A stretch of 64,000 bases of DNA, taken from positions 1,488,001 through 1,552,000 of the forward strand of contig CM068779.1 of the NCBI GenBank assembly GCA_035084275.1, read 5' to 3'. The stretch is from Hydrolagus colliei (Eukaryota). The notes under the pieces are model-generated. The model was not told where the DNA came from. It ran no database searches and saw only the letters and a list, made by a program, of their open reading frames with translations. The translations under genes were made by a program, and so were the position numbers. Of the stretch, positions 12,801-24,800 are shown piece by piece. Position 1 is the first letter of the stretch. Every line of letters begins with the position of its first letter.

Positions 12801-15800
12801 ATAATCCTTGCATTTGACATCCCAAATACACTGGAAGAAACCGTAAAGTATATTGACAGTATGTTTTGAGGGCAATACATGACAACCAGTTGCGCACAGT
12901 AGTGTCCCACAAACAATCGTGGGTTGAGTGACCATTCTTTTCAAAAAGGTAATATTACCCCAGGAAAGCAATCCACCAATTGATTAACAGCCAGATTCCT
13001 ACTTACCACTAGGTGAACCGAATATTTGTAGTAAGGAAACTTACCCAAAGTTTTGGCCTAACCCTGGAGTCAAACAGTGGTCTCTCGCTTGCAAGGCGCG
13101 AGCACCCGACCACTAAGCTACAGAAATCCATTGAGCTAATGCTCTCCCATAGCACTAATCGAAAACAGAATGGAGTTCTCTCTCCTGGTATCCCGGTTGA
13201 TGAACCTACAAATAAAATTAGTCACTCATTTGAAGGTAGTTTGTGGAGATTGCTGTGTGCAGAATTGGCTACCGTATTTGCCAACAAATTACACTCATCA
13301 AAGTATCCTATGAACCACTCTGACATGTTTCAATGATGCGATAATGTGCCATACCAAAGGAAACAATTATTATCGTTATTATAATAAATTAAAATTGAAA
13401 CGCCTAATAATTTAGAATTATTTGTCATAGTTTATATAGTTTTAAAACCTGCTTTACTTTCAGATAGACCACCATGGCATTTCTCCAGTCCTGCACATTC
13501 TTGTATATATGGATTGATATTAAAAGAGTATTAAAAGACCCATACCATTAGCAGTTGAATTACTCTGTGATCTAACTTCTTGAGATTTAAAATCACTATT
13601 AAATCACATAACATTCTTTCTGAGGAGGAAGTCTTAAAGCGCTTCATTGGAATTACTGTGAAGGGAAGGGGCTGTGTATTTGTAGGCAAATGCAGCAGCC
13701 CAATTGTGCACAACAAACAGTTACCAGGAAACTCCACTTTAGGGTTCCTCTCTTTTCGAATAGTGCAGTGGGTATGCTGTAATATTCACTGGAAAAGGCA
13801 TATGGCAGCACCTCTGAACATAGGAATATGGGAGCATGAGTAGGCCATTCCACAACAAGAGAATACAAAATTCCCCCAGCACTGCATTGGAGTGTCAGCT
13901 TAGACTAGGAGAGTTCAAGTGGCCAAATTAAAATATTGAATCTACGGATGTTTATAGAACATTGCTGTGGACAAGCTGGTTGCCACATTCATACATTCAC
14001 AGAGTAGCAGCATTTTACAGTAAATCCTATGAAAGTACTTTGAGGCATCTTGACAATGTAATAGGGTGCTATAGCAAACGCAAGGATATATCAAATGCAA
14101 GGATATAATGGATTACACACTGATTACAATGATTTCTCTTGTTGCTGACCTGTACCTTTGGGTTACACTGTTAAAGGCCTGACAAATGTAATTTCCAGCG
14201 TTTATCAAGGTAATATTTATCAGGGTAATATCTACCATGCCCCAAAACTTTGGAATCCCCTCCGTCAACCTCTTCACCTAACCCCCACCTTTCCAATCTT
14301 CAGGTTGTGTCTGAAGACGTTTCTTTTTGACCATGCTTAAGATCACTTCCACACCCCCTGGCTCGGCCTCAGGCTCCGTCATTATGAAGCACTGTGAGAT
14401 ACCACCCAGCATGGAGGGCGCTATATAAATGCAAGATGTTATCGTTGACAACACATCCAACAATCAGCACACATCCCAGCACTTCATTGGAGTGTCAGCA
14501 AGGAGTATATGAACTTCAAGTCCCGACGACAACAACAACAATAACAACAAAATTACATTTATAGCCGTGGGGCTTGAACCTACAACTTTCTGATTCATAG
14601 GTGAGAATGCTACCAACTGAGTCAAGCTGACACATAGTATTGTTCAGGGACACAAATGAACGTTCAAGTTGCATTATCTTTCTGTGAGTTTTGTGTAAGA
14701 CAATGTCCTTTCAGAGAAGGTTCATACAGTTTACTGAATCCCAAATTGCCAAATCATTCATGTCAATGAACAAATCCAGTTTCTGGTCATATTTTCCATC
14801 CATCCATCCACACACACCCTCCCCCAATCCCCAACACTCCTCAGTTCCATGTCCAGCCAGAATTTTCAACAGATTCGGGATGCCCATCATATGTGAAAGT
14901 CCTTGTATAAGTATTAATTGCATTGTGATGGTAAATTGGCAATTTTGTATGAGTGAGTCCTGTTGCTCAGTGGTTAGAGCACTCGCCTCGCAAACAAGAA
15001 ACCTAAGTTTGAGCAAGTTTCCTTACTCCACACACTTCGGTTTACCAGCAGTAAGTAGGAAACCGGTAGTCGATTGGTAGATTTTCTGGGGTAATAATTC
15101 CTTAAAAAATAATAATAAATTGCTCACATTAATCCACAACTGGTTGTGGGACACTGCTGTACGCAATTGGCTGCCATGTTTCATCTGCAAAATATACAGT
15201 CAATTCACTTTACATGATATCCTGTGATGCAATTTAAGTCATCTCAAAGATGTGATATAGCAATATATAAAATGCAAGGATTAATATTATTAAATCCCAA
15301 CCACCACTGTCACAGGATTCGGGTGCTAATCAGCGCTTGTGCATTGTATATTGTGCATCCATTTCACAAGAGCGCAGAAAGCGAAAATGACAGTTAGTTG
15401 TGGTGAAATGAAACTGCCTAATTCTGGGTTAGTCAAAAACACTTATGCATTTACTCTGCCTCCACTGTTGGGTCTTCTCAAGCGCGGAAGGAGCTTTGGA
15501 TTTTCAGAATTCCTTCTCATTTTATCTCAGATCACAATCTTTGTCATTTTATTTAAGCCCCACTCTCTGGGCTACTTAAAGATGTTTTGAGTTAAAAGAT
15601 AAAGTACATAAAGGCTTTTACTTCAGGTAAGAATACCGTTTTACATACCTACAACACGGATTCCGATGGTTGCTGCGCTATACCTTTGTGTTACACTGTT
15701 AAAGGCCTGACAAGTATAATTCCCAGTGTTCTTCAGGGCAAAATTGGGAATGAAAAGGTCTGAGCCATTTTGTAGAAAAGAGGAAGTATTGCAATACCAT

Positions 15801-18800
15801 TGAAATTCACAAGGCGGGTTTGATTCCGCAGAACACGAGAGATTAACAGTTGATGCTGAACTAATTAATTGTAAATGTGGATTGACTGATATGTTGGGGT
15901 CTTCTGGTCCATCTAAAATAGATTCACAGTTTGGTTCAAACACATTCTCTACAGCATTTTATATAAGATCAACAGAACCCATCACCAAGATGTAATTTAC
16001 CCATTGTAAACAGTCAGTGCTGTGGCTGGATATATCTGCTGGGAGAAACTAAGGTTAAAGTATAGGTACATACGTATTAAGGTTTGCTTTAGTAGAATGG
16101 CTACTTTGCTTATAGTTATCAATTTGGCATAATATATTTATCACTTTAAGACTTTAAGACTGATTTCTATATTTATCACTTTAAGACCTCATTAATATAC
16201 CAACCACATACAGACTGAGAAGACAATGGTGACAATTATTTGTACTCTTCCACCCACTCAAGTAAAAGCTTGATGCTAAGACTAGGTATCTATTTAACAC
16301 CACTTGACAAAAGTTCACATTGTCCTGTTGAATATGGGCTCCAGTTTTACAACATGTCAATGTGACCATTAGTCAGGCATCAATTTATTGCCAACCCTAT
16401 CTCAATCAAAGTACAATTTGTGATGATATCTATTCTAAACATTGACCACACAGTCAAAGCATATAAATTGCCAATCTTACTGTAAGTGTGAGCAGATCTT
16501 TTTCCTAATTTAGTCAGGCAGGGTTGGTAATCAATTGACGAATATTAGAAACCCAAAATAGTGTTTGATCAGGTCACTTACAGTTAACATTGAGAAGATA
16601 AGAATCACTTGTCTTTCCATTAATTACGTTATACCCAAAACACATGTATTCTCCAATGTCAGACCTTAAAATTCCAGGTATCGTGAGGGTACTATTGTCA
16701 TCACTAAGAACCAGCCTTGTGTCACTGTGGATAGTTTCATTGTCTTTAAACCACAGATATGAAACAGCAGTGCCTGATGCAGTGCATGTCAGAGCCACAG
16801 TGTCAATATGTTCTACCGGAAAACTGACATTGGAGGTAACAACAGGCTCGAAAATTGGATCTATCAAAACACAGATTTGTTCAACATTAAATATGATAAT
16901 AGTCCTTCACAACACCTTCACGTCAGGAGGATGTCAACACGCTTTACAGGATATGCTGGGAGGTGTGGTGACTGTTTTGTGGCAAATGTGTCAGCCAATT
17001 TGTACAGAGTAATGTCCCACAAACAATCACAGTGTTTTTATTTGGGGATTATTGGCCAGGCCACCGGGAGAGACACTCTCATTACCATTTCGAATATACC
17101 TTGGGAGATCCTCCCGATGTGAAAGGTGATAAAAAAAATCTAACTTTGTATTGTAGCATGACATCTTTAACATCCACCTGAACAGGCAGATTGGAGCCTG
17201 TTTTAATATTTTATCAGAAGGGTAATACATCCACCAATGCAGCACGCATCCCAGCACTTCATTGGAGTGTCTGCATAGAGTATATGACCTTCAAGTCCTG
17301 GCATGGGACTTGAACCTACAATCTTCTAATTGATTAGTGAGAATGCGACCAACTGCGCCAGGCTGACGGACTATGTAATAATAATAATCCTTGCATTTGA
17401 TATAGCGCTTTCCACATCTTATCAACGTCCCAAAGCGCTTCACAGAATATACTGTAAAGTGAATTGACTGTATATATTTGTGGGCGAATCATGGCAGCCA
17501 ATTGCGCACAGCAGTGTCCCACATACAGTCGTGGATAGAAATGACAATTTTTTTTTTTTTTTCAGGGATTATTATTAGGCGTGTGGAGCAAACGTGCCCA
17601 AGGTTTCGTCCTGACCTGCCTGGATTCGAACACAGGTCTCCCCAGCTTGGTCTCCCCAGCTTGCAAGACGAGTGCTCTAACCACTGAGCCACCGGAGCTC
17701 CAGGGACACAAATGTCCAGAGACACAAATGAAGCAATGAACGTTCAATACAAGTTGTAGTTTGCATTATCTTTCTGTGGGCTTTATATAGAACAAGCCTG
17801 TTCAGGAAAGTTAATGCTTCATACAGCTCACTGTATTGGCAAATCACTCATGTTACTGAACAAATCCAGTTTCCAGTGATTTTTTCCTTCCTTCTTCTCT
17901 CTACCCCTCCCCCCAGGCCACGCCTCAGCTCCATGTCCAGGCAGAAGTTTCAAGAGATTGGGGATGCCCTTTCTGATGTGAAAGTCACTATTTAAGTGTA
18001 ATTTGTGTTATGATTGAAAATTTGGTAATTCAGTCCGGTAGCCCGGTGGTTACAGCACTCGCCTCTCAAGCGAAAGACCTGGTTTTGATTCTAGCCAGGG
18101 CAAAACCTTGGGCAACTTTCACTCCACACCTCTGTTTACCCAGCAGTCAGTAGGAAACCAGTTAGTTGTTAGTCGATTGACAGGCCGCTTTTTTGGAAGT
18201 AATATCCTGTAAAGCGCTTTGAGTTGTCTTGAAGATGTAATATTCTCCAGTGTCAGACCTTAAAATTATATTGAATACAATGATCACTATTATTATTAAA
18301 TCCCAACCAGCGCAATCACAGGATGCAGTCTCCAGTCAGTGCCTATTCATTGTGTATTCATTGCACATGAACGCACAAGGAGAAATAGATAGCTAGCATG
18401 TGGTGAAGCTAAACTGCCTACTTCGGGGCCACAGTTATTATAACTTCTTGCCTCACTTTGCCTCCAGTGTTGGGGCTTCTCAAACAAGGATGGAGCTTTG
18501 GTTTTTCAGAATTCCTTCTCATTTTATCACAGATTGCAATCTTTGTCATTCTTATTTCCTTATGTCCCTCTTCAAGGCTACTTAAAGATATTTTCAGTTG
18601 AAAGAAAAAGTACATAAAGGCTTTTACATCCGGTAACAATACTGTTTCACGTACCTATGACAAGGATTCCGATGGTTGCTGCACTATACCTTTGGGTTAC
18701 ACTGTTAAAGGCCTGACAAGTATAATTCCCAGTGTTCTTCAGGGCAATATTGGGAATGAAAAGGTCCGAGCCATTTCGTAGAAAAGAGGAAGTATTGAAA

Positions 18801-21800
18801 TACCATTGAAATTCACAAGGCGGGTTTGATTCCGCAGAACACGAGAGATTAACAGTTGATGCTGAATTAATTAATTGTAAATGTGGATTGACTGATATGT
18901 TGGGGTCTCCTGGTCCATCTAAAATAGATTCATAGGTTGAATAGGTTCAAACACATTCTCTACAGCATTTTATATAACATCAACAGAACCCACCACCATA
19001 GATTTAAAACTACCCATTGTAAACAGTCAGTGCTGTGGCTGTGATTTATCTGCTGGGAGAATCTAAGGTTAAAGCAAATAGGTGTAGAGGTTTGCTTTGA
19101 TAGAAAGACCACTTTGCTTGTAGTTATCAATTTGCCATAACAAAGACCAAAAGTATTGAAATTTGTAACATTAAATCCAGATGCGTTACCAAATTTCAAA
19201 TTGGCTGAATGCTTTCTTGATTAGTAACAAAGTTCCACCCAGGAACGTTTACTCCAGAAAGAGATTTCTCAGTACGTTTCAGTTGTAGATAGAGAATAAA
19301 ATTAAGAAGCTGGTAATTGAAACTGTAATTTCTGTATTTATTACTTTAAGACCTTGTTAACATACCAGCCACATACAGACTGAGAATATAATGGTAATAA
19401 TGATTTGTACTCTTGCAACCACTCACCCTGTAAAAGCTTGATGCTAAGACTAGGTACCCATTTAACACCACTTGACAAAAGATCACATTGTCCTGTTGAA
19501 TAATGGGTTCCAGTTTTACAACATGTCATTGTGATCATTAGTCAGGTATCAATTTATTGCCAACCGTATCTCAATCAAAGTACTGTACAAGTCATGATGA
19601 TTTACTGTATATTCTAACCATTCACCACAAGCAAACCATATAAAATTAAATTTTAGTGTAAGTGTGAGCAGATCTTTTTCCCAATTTAGTCAGGCAGGGT
19701 TGGCAATCAATTGACGAATATTAGAAACCCAAAATAGTGTTTGATCGCGTCACTTACAGTTAACATTGAGTAGATAAGAATCACTTGTCTTTCCATTAAT
19801 TACGTTATACCCAAAACACGTATATCCTCCAGTGTCAGATCTTACAATTCCAGGTAAAGTGAGGGTACTATTGTCATCACTAAGAACCAGCCTTGTGTCA
19901 CTGTGGATAGTTTCATTGTCTTTAAACCACAGATATGAAACAGCAGTGCCTGATGCAGTGCAGGTCAGAGCCACGCTATCATTATGTTCTACCGGAAAAG
20001 TGTCATTGGATAAAATAGTGGGCTTGGAAATTGGATCTAGCAAAACAAGTGTATAATGTTAGAAGACACAAACCACAGTGAATTAGAATGGGACACAATT
20101 GGACTATTCATTCATACATTTAACAACAACCACAACCACAAAATGCCCTTATATACAGTAGCTCCCTCCAAGCAGGCTAGCATCTCAGAGAGTATAATGG
20201 TGGCAGAGTCTGACTCCAAGCCGTAGGATCATTCATTACTCAAGCCGTGGTTTCCATTAACTTTATATAAATAAAATAAACCATGCTTTTATTGTCCAAG
20301 GTGGGTCTTGGGGCAAATGCCTGTTTCAGATCCCAGTAAATACTCTCCCATTTCCCAATTACTAATCTAGGTTCATGTCTTGCCCATGATACGTAATAGA
20401 ATGATCTTCAAATTAGGAGGTTATGGCGAACCTCGTAAAAGGTTAGTTAAGTCTCAGCTGGAGTGTCCAGTCCTGGCCATCACACATTAGGAAGAATGTC
20501 AGGCCTTGGAGAGGATGGAAAGGAGATTTAGCAGGGTAGTGTCAGAATGAGGGACTTCAATAAATGGAAGAGGCTAGATAAGCTAAGGTTATTCTCCTTG
20601 GAACAGAGAAGGTTCAAAGGAGACTCAAATGAGGTGTACAAAATTATGAAGGGACTTGATAGAGTTAACAGGGAGAATCTGTTACCACTGGCTGGTGGGT
20701 TGGTAGTCTGAGGACATAGATTTAAGATGGTTGACAAAAGAACTAAGAGAAGAGATAATTGTTCACACAGCAAATTGTTTGGATTTAGAATACATTGCCT
20801 AAAGAGGAAGCAGATTCAATAACAACTTTCAAAAGATAAGTGTTGATTCACAGATTCACTAGTCTTGTTTTAGGAAATAACATTATGGGATAGAGTACAC
20901 AGGTAGCTTCGGATGTAGGTGCAAGCACCCACTGGGAAGTGATGGAGGGCAAACTAGATGGACTATCTTTTCTCATGTTCTTGTGTTCTTAACACGATAG
21001 ATATTTGGGGAGGACAAATTTGCAGGGAGGGGGACTGATTGGGTAGCTCTTCCAAAGAGCTGGCGCAAGGACAATTAGCTGAATGGCCAGTTTCTGTGGT
21101 GTGATATTCTATGATTGTATCACTTCATATTTTAGTTATTCTATATACAGTATTTGGGTTCCTAAAATCTATACAGCAATAGATTATGTCTGTTCTCACA
21201 CTTTATTCTTACAGTAGCATATCTGTTAAGTAGTAAGTTATATCTCAATTTCTTTTATGAACATCTAACTGGATATGGATATATGCATGATCTGGAAAGT
21301 TCTATCCATCTTCATTTTCGATTTAGAAGTTCTAAGAGAATAGTTTTGCAATTCCAAGTTTTCCCATCAAAACAGGCAGATACTAGCTACTGAAACCCAT
21401 GAATAAAGTCATATAATTCACATAAAATTATGTGTATGTTAACTGTTCCATTTCTGCAAAGCAAAAATAGTTTTTCCTTCAAAATTAGGAATGAAAATGA
21501 CGTAAAAATGTATTGCTATTTAATATATTAGAATTACATACCTATAACTTGGATTTCCCTGGTCGCTTCATTGTACCTTAGTGTTACATTGTTATATGCC
21601 TGACAAGTGTAATTTCCAGTGGCGTTCATAGAAATATTATTAATGGTTATTTCTTGACCATTTTGTTGAAGAGCGACACCACTGTGAAACCACTGAAATT
21701 CAGAGGCTGGATTGGAGTCCGCGGAACACAAGAATTTAACAGTTGTTCCTGAACTGTGTAATGTTTTATCCGGGATGATGGACACATTGGGTAATCCTGG

Positions 21801-24800
21801 TCCATCTAGAACAAACGCACATCATTTGTAATATCACATAAATCACAAGTCTAGAACTATCTAACGTACAGCCCATCACCAGCACTACAAGTCACGATAA
21901 GCCTGAACACCATAACTGTGCAAACAAAAGGAAACAGATATTATAATAAAACGTGTCTGTTGTAATGTGTAGTAACAATAGTTTGTTTAACATATAAAAT
22001 CAATTCTATCCCTTTAAATTCCACTTGGGTCTCAAATGACGCTATTATTTAGCATTTCAGAGCAAGCAGAAATTTGCCCAATTTCTGTAGTTCAATAGAC
22101 ACTATTTAAGAATTTAATTCTATATGCTGTGAAATGGTAATGCAATAGATATGTCAAGACCCAAGGGGAAATATCTCATCCTACATTTTATCTGAGTCCC
22201 AATTTAGTGCTTTAATCAATGTTCATCATTAAACAAATGTTTCAATTATTAATATAGTTAGTGGAGTGAACAAGTGCTTTCATTCTTTTGGTATAAATGA
22301 AAGTTTAGTGATTCAAACAAAATCTGATAGTTTTATGATCATTTAGATTGAAATTCACAATGAAAATAGTTTCATTTCTGAATTTAAACTGGATGTTCTT
22401 TTACCGTTTCATTGTAAAATGTATCATCTCAAATCTTTTGTTAAATATCATCAAATTCAGTGTTTGGTGAAGGATTCGATTATTTGTTCATCTACAATGG
22501 ATAACTAGTGTATAATGCACGCGGAAGCAAATATTGCATAACATTAATCAAGATGATAAGAATAATTTACAGAAATATAACATTGAAGCTGCTTGCTGTG
22601 ACACTTACAGTTGATATCGAGAACATATGGATGGCTGGTACTGTTACTAACAGCATTGTAGACATAGCACGTATAATTCCCACTGTCAGATCTCAAAACT
22701 CCAGCTAAAGTCAGGCTGTTGTCATCCACATTTAGAATAATCCTGTTGTCATAGCTGATATTTTTATTGTCTTTCAACCATTGATATGAAACGTGTGAGC
22801 CTGATGCATTGCACTTCAGCCCCACAGTGTCATTATACTCTACTGGCTGGGTGACATTGGGGGTGACAACAATATTGGAAACAGATTCTGTCAAAACACA
22901 GCACAATATTTATATTATTTGTATTACATTCTGCGTAATATACAACAGCTTATTGGAAACTCAAGTCACTTAAAACATCTGCAACAACAACATGCATTTA
23001 TACAACAACTTTCCTGCAGCGTTGCGTCTCAGTGTTGACACAGTTAGAAACTGAGATGGAGAGAAAATGGAGGTGCACGGTCAAATCGATCTTCGGTGAG
23101 ATTTGAAGATTATTTTCAAAACAACAACTTGCATTTACATAGTGCCCCTCACATGGGGTATTGTCGAAGAGCATTTGGTATAAAGATTAAAGTGGAGGAA
23201 GGTGGAGAGGTTGAGGCTGTGAGCTCCAGGGATTCAGGGTGTAGTGACTGAAGGTGGAACAGTGGAGTCAGGCAATGTGCACAAGGCCTGAGCAAGTCAA
23301 CCAAAAGGGCTGGGAAGAGGTGTGAGGAGTGAGGTGTCAACAAGTTGGATAGGACTTAGGCCATTCAAGTGATTTGCTGATGAAACCTCAGTGATCAGTT
23401 GGTTCCTATGTTCAACAATATGACTCAGTTTTACGTGCAAGGGAAAACACATTCTTGCTTTTCACTCCAACCAAATTTATAATTTCTGAAGTAGAGCATT
23501 TACAATATGATTCTGATGTCAATCTAGAATATTTCATAAAAATATTTTGAACTGGATACTGACTGTCCATATCATCTTTATTAATCGGCGAGAATGCTGA
23601 TTTCCTGCTGTGTTCAGCAACAAATAACAACAACAACATGCATTTAAATAGCACCCTTCACACTGGGTAGAGTGTCCTAGTGCTTAACAACCTGACAAAA
23701 CATGTCTCCGAATCAGAAGGTTGCGGGTTTAAGTCACTTGAGGATCTGAAGTCACATTGTCTAAGATGACACTGCAATGCAGATGAGATGCCATCTGCTT
23801 GTGTAAAGAGAAGGGAGTTCCTCCCAGTGTTCTGGCCAACACTCACCAAATAAAATTAGGTATTAATTTAATGCCTGCTTGGGGGGACATTGCTTTGCTG
23901 TCCACGATTGTGCAATTGTGCTTGCCTCCAAATATACAGTCCCTCCATTTCCTAGGAAATCCTATGAAGCAGTTTCAGGCCCAAAACTCTGGAACACTCA
24001 CTCAATCCCTCCGTCATATCCCCTTGGTCTCCCTTTTCAAGTCCTGTCTGAAAACCTTCCTCTTTGACCGTGCTTTTGGCCACCTCCCACCTTTGACCCC
24101 CTGCTTCTAGTTAGGCTTCGCCACTGTTAAGTACTCTGAGACACTACCATGGTGTAGGGCTGCTAAATACAAGTTGTTGTTATTCTCAAAGCATGCTTCT
24201 GATGTGATAAGGCGCAACACAAAATACAATTATTATTATTACAGCTTAGTTACCATTTTAAATCATTGTGTAGAGGTCATTTCTAAATGTCTTTCAGTGA
24301 TGGTCAGACCAATAACACTGATGTTGCTTTTGTTTGATACTAAAATGTCCTGAATTAACTGCAGGACGAGGCTGATATTTTGTATTATTAATATTCCCAG
24401 TAGCACTGAAGATTATACGAACTGTTTGTTTTACATTGTTATACACACATCCGCATTTGATTTGTAGACTAATATGGTTCTTGATTGTTTTTCCTCATTC
24501 CTAATTTGTTACATTGTAATCACTTGGCGCACATCAACAATACTAATTTATTAAACTGTATACTAAATATATTATACATATTGCACTAGTCTTCATGCCT
24601 GCACTGACTGATCCCATCCATTCTGTAATTCAGTAATTTGGAAAGTTTTTAAAAATGCGTCTGCAATTGCTTTCCTGATTTCTCAAACCCAAATACTGTA
24701 TATACTTTTTTTTGTCAGACTGACATTTAAACTCCAGCAGTTACCCTCAACCCACACCCTTGGGTTCTGATGCCTTGGCTCTTGCCATCCTGTGCCTAAT

